A stretch of 64,000 nt of DNA from assembly GCF_009914755.1 (NCBI RefSeq), contig NC_060941.1; one strand, 5' to 3'. Below the pieces are notes generated by a model, which saw nothing but the letters and a program-made list of their open reading frames with translations, had not been told where the DNA came from and made no database searches. Position 1 is the stretch's first letter; the number at the start of each line of letters is the position of its first letter. The translations under genes and the position numbers were made by a program. Source of the DNA: the human T2T-CHM13v2.0 reference genome, Homo sapiens. This document shows positions 39,801 to 52,500 of the stretch, in pieces.

Positions 39801-40580
39801 CTGCACAGAACTAAACAGAAGCATTCTCAGAACCTTCTTCGTGATGTCTGCATTCAACTCACAGTGTGGAACCTTTCTTTGATAGTTCAGGTTTGAAACA
39901 CTCTTTTTGTAGAAACTGCAAGGGGATAATTGCACTCTTTGAGGAGTACCGTAGTAAAGGAAATAACTTCCTATAAAAAGAAGACAGAAGCTTTCTCAGA
40001 AAATTCTTTGGGATGATTGAGTTGAACTCACAGAGCTGAGCATTCCTTGCGATGTAGCAGTTTAGAAACACACTTTCTGCAGAATCTGCAAGTGCATATT
40101 TGGACCTCTGTGAGGAATTCGTTGGAAACGGGATAATTTCAGCTGACTAAACAGAAGCAGTCTCAGAATCTTCTTTGTGATGTTTGCATTCAAATCCCCG
40201 AGTTGAACTTTCCTTTCAAAGTTCACGTTTGAAACACTCTTTTTGCAGGATCTACAAGTGGATATTTGGACCACTCTGTGTCCTTCGTTCGAAACGGGTA
40301 TATCTTCACATGACATCTAGACAGAAGCATCCTCAGAAGCTTCTCTGTGATGACTGCATTCAACTCACGGAGTTGAACACTCCTTTTGAGAGCGCAGTTT
40401 TGAAACTCTCTTTCTGTGGCATCTGCAAGGGGACATGTAGACCTCTTTGAAGATTTCGTTGGAAACGGAATCATCTTCACATAAAAACTATACAGATGCA
40501 TTCTCAGGAACTTTTTGGTGATGTTTGTATTCAACTCCCAGAGTTGAACTTTCCTTTGGAAAGAGCAGCTATGAAACACT
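27833..40580 (+). repeat. Multi-HOR duplicated block, copy 2 (boundaries approximate)
   Basis: Same rare SNVs at 29147, 29190, 29623, 32153, 32321, 38209. Confidence 0.8.
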
Positions 40581-43500
40581 GTTTTTCTAGAATCTGCAAG
40601 TGGACGTTTGGAGGGCTTTGTGGTTTGTGGTGGAAAAGGAAATATCTTCACCTAAATACTAGATAGAAGCATTCTCAGAAACTGCTTTGTGATGATTGCA
40701 TTCACCTCACAGAGTTGAACATTCCTATTGATAGAGCAGTTTGGAAACACTCTTGTTGTGGAATGTGCAAGTGGAGATTTGGAGCGCTTTGAGGCCTATG
40801 GTAGTAAAGGGAATAGCTTCATAGAAAAACTAGACAGAAGCATTCTCAGAAAATACTTTGTGATGATTGAGTTTAACTCACAGAGCTGAACATTCCTTTG
40901 GATGGAGCAGGTTTGAGACACACTTTTTGTAGAATCTACAAGTGGATATTTGGACCTCTCTGAGGATTTCGTTGGAAACGGGATAACTGCACCTAACTAA
41001 ACGGAAGCATTCTCAGAAACTTCTTGGTGATGTTTGCATTCAAATCCCAGAGTTGAACCTTCCTTTGATAGTTCAGGTTTGAAACACTCTTTTTGTAGGA
41101 TCTGCAAGTGGATATTTGGACCACTCTGTGGCCTTCGTTCGAAACGGGTGTATCTTCGCATAAAATCTAGACAGAAGCCTTCTCAGAAACTTCTCTGTGA
41201 TGATTGCATTCAACTCACAGAGTTGAACCCTCCTATGGATAGAGCAGTGTTGAAACTCTCTTTTTGTGGAATCTGCAAGTGGGTATGTGGACCTCTCCGA
41301 AGATGTCTTTGGAAACGGGAATATCTTCACATAAAAACTAAACAGAAGCATTCTCAGAAACTTCTCTGTGATGTTTGTGTTCAACTCCCAGAGTTTCACA
41401 TTGCTTTTCATAGAGTAGTTCTGAAACATGCTTTTCGTAGTGTCTACAAGTGGACATTTGGAGCGCTTTCAGGCCTGTGGTGGAAAACGAATTATGGTCA
41501 CATAAAAACTGGAGAGAAGCATTGTCAGAAACTTCTTTGTGATGATTGCATTCAACTCACAGAGTTGAAGGTTCCTTTTCAAAGAGCAGTTTCCAATCAC
41601 TCTTTGTGTGGAATCTGCAAGTGGATATTTGGACCTATTTTGAAGATTTCGTTGGAAACGGGAGAATCTTCACAGGAAAGCTAAACAGAAGCATTCTCAG
41701 AAACTTCTTTGTGATGCTTGCATTCAACTCACAGAGTTGAACTTTCCTTTCGAGAGAGAAGCTTTGAAACACTCTTTTTCCAGAATCTGCAAGTGGACAT
41801 TTGGAGGGCTTTGAGGCCTGTGGTGGAAAAGGAATTATCTTCCCGTAAAAGCTAGATAGAAGCATTCTCAGAAACTACTTTGTGATGATTGCATTCAAGT
41901 CACAGAGTTGAACATTCCCTTTGACAGAGCAGTTTGGAAACTCTCTTTGTGTAGAATCTGCAAGTGGAGATATGGACCGCTTTGAGGCCTATGGTAGTAA
42001 AGGAAATAGCTTCATATAAAAGCTAGACAGTAGCATTCACAGAAAACTCTGGGTGACGACTGAGTTTAACTCACAGAGCTGAACATTCCTTTGGATGGAG
42101 CAGTTTCGAAACACACTATTTGTAGAATGTGCAAGTGGATATTTGGGCCTCTCTGAGGATTTCGTTGGAAACGGGATAAACCGCACAGAACTAAACAGAA
42201 GCATTCTCAGAACCTTCTTCGTGATGTTTGCATTCAACACACAGTGTTGAACCTTTCTTTGATAGTTCAGGTTTGAAACGGTCTTTCTGTAGAAACTGCA
42301 AGTAGATATTTGGACCTCTCTGAGGATTTCGTTGGAAACGGGATAACCCGCACAGAACTAAAACAGAAGCATTCTCAGAACCCTCTTCGTGATGTTTGCA
42401 TTCAACTCACAGTGCTGAACCTTTCTTTGATAGTTCAGCTTTGAAACACTCTTTTTGTAGAAACTGCAAGTGGATATTTGGTCCTCTCTGAGCATTTCGT
42501 TGGAAACGGGATAAACTGCACAGAACTAAACAGAAGCATTCTCAGAACCTTCTTCGTGATGTCCGCATTCAACTCACAGTGTGGAACCTTTCTTTGATAG
42601 TTCAGGTTTGAAACACTCTTTTTGTAGAAACTGCAAGGGGATAATTGCACTCTTTGAGGAGTACCGTAGTAAAGGAAATAACTTCCTATAAAAAGAAGAC
42701 AGAAGCTTTCTCAGAAAATTCTTTGGGATGATTGAGTTGAACTCACAGAGCTGAGCATTCCTTGCGATGTAGCAGTTTAGAAACACACTTTCTGCAGAAT
42801 CTGCAAGTGCATATTTGGACCTCTGTGAGGAATTCGTTGGAAACGGGATAATTTCAGCTGACTAAACAGAAGCAGTCTCAGAATCTTCTTTGTGATGTTT
42901 GCATTCAAATCCCCGAGTTGAACTTTCCTTTCAAAGTTCACGTTTGAAACACTCTTTTTGCAGGATCTACAAGTGGATATTTGGACCACTCTGTGTCCTT
43001 CGTTCGAAACGGGTATATCTTCACATGACATCTAGACAGAAGCATCCTCAGAAGCTTCTCTGTGATGACTGCATTCAACTCACGGAGTTGAACACTCCTT
43101 TTGAGAGCGCAGTTTTGAAACTCTCTTTCTGTGGCATCTGCAAGGGGACATGTAGACCTCTTTGAAGATTTCGTTGGAAACGGAATCATCTTCACATAAA
43201 AACTATACAGATGCATTCTCAGGAACTTTTTGGTGATGTTTGTATTCAACTCCCAGAGTTGAACTTTCCTTTGGAAAGAGCAGCTATGAAACACTGTTTT
43301 TCTAGAATCTGCAAGTGGACGTTTGGAGGGCTTTGTGGTTTGTGGTGGAAAAGGAAATATCTTCACCTAAATACTAGATAGAAGCATTCTCAGAAACTGC
43401 TTTGTGATGATTGCATTCACCTCACAGAGTTGAACATTCCTATTGATAGAGCAGTTTGGAAACACTCTTGTTGTGGAATGTGCAAGTGGAGATTTGGAGC

Positions 43501-46500
43501 GCTTTGAGGCCTATGGTAGTAAAGGGAATAGCTTCATAGAAAAACTAGACAGAAGCATTCTCAGAAAATACTTTGTGATGATTGAGTTTAACTCACAGAG
43601 CTGAACATTCCTTTGGATGGAGCAGGTTTGAGACACACCTTTTGTAGAATCTACAAGTGGATATTTGGACCTCTCTGAGGATTTCGTTGGAAACGGGATA
43701 ACTGCACCTAACTAAACGGAAGCATTCTCAGAAACTTCTTGGTGATGTTTGCATTCAAATCCCAGAGTTGAACCTTCCTTTGATAGTTCAGGTTTGAAAC
43801 ACTCTTTTTGTAGGATCTGCAAGTGGATATTTGGACCACTCTGTGGCCTTCGTTCGAAACGGGTGTATCTTCGCATAAAATCTAGACAGAAGCCTTCTCA
43901 GAAACTTCTCTGTGATGATTGCATTCAACTCACAGAGTTGAACCCTCCTATGGATAGAGCAGTGTTGAAACTCTCTTTTTGTGGAATCTGCAAGTGGATA
44001 TGTGGACCTCTCCGAAGATGTCTTTGGAAACGGGAATATCTTCACATAAAAACTAAACAGAAGCATTCTCAGAAACTTCTCTGTGATGTTTGTGTTCAAC
44101 TCCCAGAGTTTCACATTGCTTTTCATAGAGTAGTTCTGAAACATGCTTTTCGTAGTGTCTACAAGTGGACATTTGGAGCGCTTTCAGGCCTGTGGTGGAA
44201 AACGAATTATGGTCACATAAAAACTGGAGAGAAGCATTGTCAGAAACTTCTTTGTGATGATTGCATTCAACTCACAGAGTTGAAGGTTCCTTTTCAAAGA
44301 GCAGTTTCCAATCACTCTTTGTGTGGAATCTGCAAGTGGATATTTGGACCTATTTTGAAGATTTCGTTGGAAACGGGAGAATCTTCACAGGAAAGCTAAA
44401 CAGAAGCATTCTCAGAAACTTCTTTGTGATGCTTGCATTCAACTCACAGAGTTGAACTTTCCTTTCGAGAGAGAAGCTTTGAAACACTCTTTTTCCAGAA
44501 TCTGCAAGTGGACATTTGGAGGGCTTTGAGGCCTGTGGTGGAAAAGGAATTATCTTCCCGTAAAAGCTAGATAGAAGCATTCTCAGAAACTACTTTGTGA
44601 TGATTGCATTCAAGTCACAGAGTTGAACATTCCCTTTGACAGAGCAGTTTGGAAACTCTCTTTGTGTAGAATCTGCAAGTGGAGATACGGACCGCTTTGA
44701 GGCCTATGGTAGTAAAGGAAATAGCTTCATATAAAAGCTAGACAGTAGCATTCACAGAAAACTCTTGGTGACGACTGAGTTTAACTCACAGAGCTGAACA
44801 TTCCTTTGGATGGAGCAGTTTCGAAACACACTATTTGTAGAATGTGCAAGTGGATATTTGGGCCTCTCTGAGGATTTCGTTGGAAACGGGATAAACCGCA
44901 CAGAACTAAACAGAAGCATTCTCAGAACCTTCTTCGTGATGTTTGCATTCAACTCACAGTGTTGAACCTTTCTTTGATAGTTCAGGTTTGAAACGGTCTT
45001 TCTGTAGAAACTGCAAGTAGATATTTGGACCTCTCTGAGGATTTCGTTGGAAACGGGATAACCCGCACAGAACTAAAACAGAAGCATTCTCAGAACCCTC
45101 TTCGTGATGTTTGCATTCAACTCACAGTGCTGAACCTTTCTTTGATAGTTCAGCTTTGAAACACTCTTTTTGTAGAAACTGCAAGTGGATATTTGGTCCT
45201 CTCTGAGGATTTCGTTGGAAACGGGATAAACTGCACAGAACTAAACAGAAGCATTCTCAGAACCTTCTTCGTGATGTCTGCATTCAACTCACAGTGTGGA
45301 ACCTTTCTTTGATAGTTCAGGTTTGAAACACTCTTTTTGTAGAAACTGCAAGGGGATCATTGCACTCTTTGAGGAGTACCGTAGTAAAGGAAATAACTTC
45401 CTATAAAAAGAAGACAGAAGCTTTCTCAGAAAATTCTTTGGGATGATTGAGTTGAACTCACAGAGCTGAGCATTCCTTGCGATGTAGCAGTTTAGAAACA
45501 CACTTTCTGCAGAATCTGCAAGTGCTTATTTGGACCTCTGTGAGGAATTCGTTGGAAACGGGATAATTTCAGCTGACTAAACAGAAGCAGTCTCAGAATC
45601 TTCTTTGTGATGTTTGCATTCAAATCCCCGAGTTGAACTTTCCTTTCAAAGTTCACGTTTGAAACACTCTTTTTGCAGGATCTACAAGTGGATATTTGGA
45701 CCACTCTGTGTCCTTCGTTCGAAACGGGTATATCTTCACATGACATCTAGACAGAAGCATCCTCAGAAGCTTCTCTGTGATGACTGCATTCAACTCACGG
45801 AGTTGAACACTCCTTTTGAGAGCGCAGTTTTGAAACTCTCTTTCTGTGGCATCTGCAAGGGGACATGTAGACCTCTTTGAAGATTTCGTTGGAAACGGAA
45901 TCATCTTCACATAAAAACTATACAGATGCATTCTCAGGAACTTTTTGGTGATGTTTGTATTCAACTCCCAGAGTTGAACTTTCCTTTGGAAAGAGCAGCT
46001 ATGAAACACTGTTTTTCTAGAATCTGCAAGTGGACGTTTGGAGGGCTTTGTGGTTTGTGGTGGAAAAGGAAATATCTTCACCTAAATACTAGATAGAAGC
46101 ATTCTCAGAAACTGCTTTGTGATGATTGCATTCACCTCACAGAGTTGAACATTCCTATTGATAGAGCAGTTTGGAAACACTCTTGTTGTGGAATGTGCAA
46201 GTGGAGATTTGGAGCGCTTTGAGGCCTATGGTAGTAAAGGGAATAGCTTCATAGAAAAACTAGACAGAAGTATTCTCAGAAAATACTTTGTGATGATTGA
46301 GTTTAACTCACAGAGCTGAACATTCCTTTGGATGGAGCAGGTTTGAGACACACTTTTTGTAGAATCTACAAGTGGATATTTGGACCGCTCTGAGGATTTC
46401 GTTGGAAACGGGATAACTGCACCTAACTAAACGGAAGCATTCTCAGAAACTTCTTGGTGATGTTTGCATTCAAATCCCAGAGTTGAACCTTCCTTTGATA

Positions 46501-49500
46501 GTTCAGGTTTGAAACACTCTTTTTGTAGGATCTGCAAGTGGATATTTGGACCACTCTGTGGCCTTCGTTCGAAACGGGTGTATCTTCGCATAAAATCTAG
46601 ACAGAAGCCTTCTCAGAAACTTCTCTGTGATGATTGCATTCAACTCACAGAGTTGAACCCTCCTATGGATAGAGCAGTGTTGAAACTCTCTTTTTGTGGA
46701 ATCTGCAAGTGGGTATGTGGACCTCTCCGAAGATGTCTTTGGAAACGGGAATATCTTCACATAAAAACTAAACAGAAGCATTCTCAGAAACTTCTCTGTG
46801 ATGTTTGTGTTCAACTCCCAGAGTTTCACATTGCTTTTCATAGAGTAGTTCTGAAACATGCTTTTCGTAGTGTCTACAAGTGGACATTTGGAGCGCTTTC
46901 AGGCCTGTGGTGGAAAACGAATTATGGTCACATAAAAACTGGAGAGAAGCATTGTCAGAAACTTCTTTGTGATGATTGCATTCAACTCACAGAGTTGAAG
47001 GTTCCTTTTCAAAGAGCAGTTTCCAATCACTCTTTGTGTGGAATCTGCAAGTGGATATTTGGACCTATTTTGAAGATTTCGTTGGAAACGGGAGAATCTT
47101 CACAGGAAAGCTAAACAGAAGCATTCTCAGAAACTTCTTTGTGATGCTTGCATTCAACTCACAGAGTTGAACTTTCCTTTCGAGAGAGAAGCTTTGAAAC
47201 ACTCTTTTTCCAGAATCTGCAAGTGGACATTTGGAGGGCTTTGAGGCCTGTGGTGGAAAAGGAATTATCTTCCCGTAAAAGCTAGATAGAAGCATTCTCA
47301 GAAACTACTTTGTGATGATTGCATTCAAGTCACAGAGTTGAACATTCCCTTTGACAGAGCAGTTTGGAAACTCTCTTTGTGTAGAATCTGCAAGTGGAGA
47401 TACGGACCGCTTTGAGGCCTATGGTAGTAAAGGAAATAGCTTCATATAAAAGCTAGACAGTAGCATTCACAGAAAACTCTTGGTGACGACTGAGTTTAAC
47501 TCACAGAGCTGAACATTCCTTTGGATGGAGCAGTTTCGAAACACACTATTTGTAGAATGTGCAAGTGGATATTTAGGCCTCTCTGAGGATTTCGTTGGAA
47601 ACGGGATAAACCGCACAGAACTAAACAGAAGCATTCTCAGAACCTTCTTCGTGATGTTTGCATTCAACTCACAGTGTTGAACCTTTCTTTGATAGTTCAG
47701 GTTTGAAACGGTCTTTCTGTAGAAACTGCAAGTAGATATTTGGACCTCTCTGAGGATTTCGTTGGAAACGGGATAACCCGCACAGAACTAAAACAGAAGC
47801 ATTCTCAGAACCCTCTTCGTGATGTTTGCATTCAACTCACAGTGCTGAACCTTTCTTTGATAGTTCAGCTTTGAAACACTCTTTTTGTAGAAACTGCAAG
47901 TGGATATTTGGTCCTCTCTGAGCATTTCGTTGGAAACGGGATAAACTGCACAGAACTAAACAGAAGCATTCTCAGAACCTTCTTCGTGATGTCCGCATTC
48001 AACTCACAGTGTGGAACCTTTCTTTGATAGTTCAGGTTTGAAACACTCTTTTTGTAGAAACTGCAAGGGGATAATTGCACTCTTTGAGGAGTACCGTAGT
48101 AAAGGAAATAACTTCCTATAAAAAGAAGACAGAAGCTTTCTCAGAAAATTCTTTGGGATGATTGAGTTGAACTCACAGAGCTGAGCATTCCTTGCGATGT
48201 AGCAGTTTAGAAACACACTTTCTGCAGAATCTGCAAGTGCATATTTGGACCTCTGTGAGGAATTCGTTGGAAACGGGATAATTTCAGCTGACTAAACAGA
48301 AGCAGTCTCAGAATCTTCTTTGTGATGTTTGCATTCAAATCCCCGAGTTGAACTTTCCTTTCAAAGTTCACGTTTGAAACACTCTTTTTGCAGGATCTAC
48401 AAGTGGATATTTGGACCACTCTGTGTCCTTCGTTCGAAACGGGTATATCTTCACATGACATCTAGACAGAAGCATCCTCAGAAGCTTCTCTGTGATGACT
48501 GCATTCAACTCACGGAGTTGAACACTCCTTTTGAGAGCGCAGTTTTGAAACTCTCTTTCTGTGGCATCTGCAAGGGGACATGTAGACCTCCTTGAAGATT
48601 TCGTTGGAAACGGAATCATCTTCACATAAAAACTATACAGATGCATTCTCAGGAACTTTTTGGTGATGTTTGTATTCAACTCCCAGAGTTGAACTTTCCT
48701 TTGGAAAGAGCAGCTATGAAACACTCTTTTTCTAGAATCTGCAAGTGGACGTTTGGAGGGCTTTGTGGTTTGTGGTGGAAAAGGAAATATCTTCACCTAA
48801 ATACTAGATAGAAGCATTCTCAGAAACTGCTTTGTGATGATTGCATTCACCTCACAGAGTTGAACATTCCTATTGATAGAGCAGTTTGGAAACACTCTTG
48901 TTGTGGAATGTGCAAGTGGAGATTTGGAGCGCTTTGAGGCCTATGGTAGTAAAGGGAATAGCTTCATAGAAAAACTAGACAGAAGCATTCTCAGAAAATA
49001 CTTTGTGATGATTGAGTTTAACTCACAGAGCTGAACATTCCTTTGGATGGAGCAGGTTTGAGACACACTTTTTGTAGAATCTACAAGTGGATATTTGGAC
49101 CTCTCTGAGGATTTCGTTGGAAACGGGATAACTGCACCTAACTAAACGGAAGCATTCTCAGAAACTTCTTGGTGATGTTTGCATTCAAATCCCAGAGTTG
49201 AACCTTCCTTTGATAGTTCAGGTTTGAAACACTCTTTTTGTAGGATCTGCAAGTGGATATTTGGACCACTCTGTGGCCTTCGTTCGAAACGGGTATATCT
49301 TCGCATAAAATCTAGACAGAAGCCTTCTCAGAAACTTCTCTGTGATGATTGCATTCAACTCACAGAGTTGAACCCTCCTATGGATAGAGCAGTGTTGAAA
49401 CTCTCTTTTTGTGGAATCTGCAAGTGGATAAGTGGACCTCTCCGAAGATGTCTTTGGAAACGGGAATATCTTCACATAAAAACTAAACAGAAGCATTCTC

Positions 49501-52500
49501 AGAAACTTCTCTGTGATGTTTGTGTTCAACTCCCAGAGTTTCACATTGCTTTTCATAGAGTAGTTCTGAAACATGCTTTTCGTAGTGTCTACAAGTGGAC
49601 ATTTGGAGCGCTTTCAGGCCTGTGGTGGAAAACGAATTATGGTCACATAAAAACTGGAGAGAAGCATTGTCAGAAACTTCTTTGTGATGATTGCATTCAA
49701 CTCACAGAGTTGAAGGTTCCTTTTCAAAGAGCAGTTTCCAATCACTCTTTCTGTGGAATCTGCAAGTGGATATTTGGACCTATTTTGAAGATTTCGTTGG
49801 AAACGGGAGAATCTTCACAGGAAAGCTAAACAGAAGCATTCTCAGAAACTTCTTTGTGATGCTTGCATTCAACTCACAGAGTTGAACTTTCCTTTCGAGA
49901 GAGAAGCTTTGAAACACTCTTTTTCCAGAATCTGCAAGTGGACATTTGGAGGGCTTTGAGGCCTGTGGTGGAAAAGGAATTATCTTCCCGTAAAAGCTAG
50001 ATAGAAGCATTCTCAGAAACTACTTTGTGATGATTGCATTCAAGTCACAGAGTTGAACATTCCCTTTGACAGAGCAGTTTGGAAACTCTCTTTGTGTAGA
50101 ATCTGCAAGTGGAGATACGGACCGCTTTGAGGCCTATGGTAGTAAAGGAAATAGCTTCATATAAAAGCTAGACAGTAGCATTCACAGAAAACTCTTGGTG
50201 ACGACTGAGTTTAACTCACAGAGCTGAACATTCCTTTGGATGGAGCAGTTTCGAAACACACTATTTGTAGAATGTGCAAGTGGATATTTAGGCCTCTCTG
50301 AGGATTTCGTTGGAAACGGGATAAACCGCACAGAACTAAACAGAAGCATTCTCAGAACCTTCTTCGTGATGTTTGCATTCAACTCACAGTGTTGAACCTT
50401 TCTTTGATAGTTCAGGTTTGAAACGGTCTTTCTGTAGAAACTGCAAGTAGATATTTGGACCTCTCTGAGGATTTCGTTGGAAACGGGATAACCCGCACAG
50501 AACTAAAACAGAAGCATTCTCAGAACCCTCTTCGTGATGTTTGCATTCAACTCACAGTGCTGAACCTTTCTTTGATAGTTCAGCTTTGAAACACTCTTTT
50601 TGTAGAAACTGCAAGTGGATATTTGGTCCTCTCTGAGCATTTCGTTGGAAACGGGATAAACTGCACAGAACTAAACAGAAGCATTCTCAGAACCTTCTTA
50701 GTGATGTCTGCATTCAACTCACAGTGTGGAACCTTTCTTTGATAGTTCAGGTTTGAAACACTCTTTCTGTAGAAACTGCAAGGGGATAATTGCACTCTTT
50801 GAGGAGTACCATAGTAAAGGAAATAACTTCCTATAAAAAGAAGACAGAAGCTTTCTCAGAAAATTCTTTGGGATGATTGAGTTGAACTCACAGAGCTGAG
50901 CATTCCTTGCGATGTAGCAGTTTAGAAACACACTTTCTGCAGAATCTGCAAGTGCATATTTGGACCTCTCTGAGGAATTCGTTGGAAACGGGATAATTTC
51001 AGCTGACTAAACAGAAGCAGTCTCAGAATCTTCTTTGTGATGTTTGCATTCAAATCCCCGAGTTGAACTTTCCTTTCAAAGTTCACGTTTGAAACACTCT
51101 TTTTGCAGGATCTACAAGTGGATATTTGGACCACTCTGTGTCCTTCGTTCGAAACGGGTATATCTTCACATGACATCTAGACAGAAGCATTCTCAGAAGC
51201 TTCTCTGTGATGACTGCATTCAACTCACGGAGTTGAACACTCCTTTTGAGAGCGCAGTTTTGAAACTCTCTTTCTGTGGCATCTGCAAGGGGACATGTAG
51301 ACCTCTTTGAAGATTTCGTTGGAAACGGAATCATCTTCACATAAAAACTATACAGATGCATTCTCAGGAACTTTTTGGTGATGTTTGTATTCAACTCCCA
51401 GAGTTGAACTTTCCTTTGGAAAGAGCAGCTATGAAACACTCTTTTTCTAGAATCTGCAAGTGGACGTTTGGAGGGCTTTGTGGTTTGTGGTGGAAAAGGA
51501 AATATCTTCACCTAAATACTAGATAGAAGCATTCTCAGAAACTGCTTTGTGATGATTGCATTCACCTCACAGAGTTGAACATTCCTATTGATAGAGCAGT
51601 TTGGAAACACTCTTGTTGTGGAATGTGCAAGTGGAGATTTGGAGCGCTTTGAGGCCTATGGTAGTAAAGGGAATAGCTTCATAGAAAAACTAGACAGAAG
51701 CATTCTCAGAAAATACTTTGTGATGATTGAGTTTAACTCACAGAGCTGAACATTCCTTTGGATGGAGCAGGTTTGAGACACACTTTTTGTAGAATCTACA
51801 AGTGGATATTTGGACCTCTCTGAGGATTTCGTTGGAAACGGGATAACTGCACCTAACTAAACGGAAGCATTCTCAGAAACTTCTTGGTGATGTTTGCATT
51901 CAAATCCCAGAGTTGAACCTTCCTTTGATAGTTCAGGTTTGAAACACTCTTTTTGTAGGATCTGCAAGTGGATATTTGGACCACTCTGTGGCCTTCGTTC
52001 GAAACGGGTATATCTTCGCATAAAATCTAGACAGAAGCCTTCTCAGAAACTTCTCTGTGATGATTGCATTCAACTCACAGAGTTGAACCCTCCTATGGAT
52101 AGAGCAGTGTTGAAACTCTCTTTTTGTGGAATCTGCAAGTGGATATGTGGACCTCTCCGAAGATGTCTTTGGAAACGGGAATATCTTCACATAAAAACTA
52201 AACAGAAGCATTCTCAGAAACTTCTCTGTGATGTTTGTGTTCAACTCCCAGAGTTTCACATTGCTTTTCATAGAGTAGTTCTGAAACATGCTTTTCGTAG
52301 TGTCTACAAGTGGACATTTGGAGCGCTTTCAGGCCTGTGGTGGAAAACGAATTATGGTCACATAAAAACTGGAGAGAAGCATTGTCAGAAACTTCTTTGT
52401 GATGATTGCATTCAACTCACAGAGTTGAAGGTTCCTTTTCAAAGAGCAGTTTCCAATCACTCTTTCTGTGGAATCTGCAAGTGGATATTTGGACCTATTT

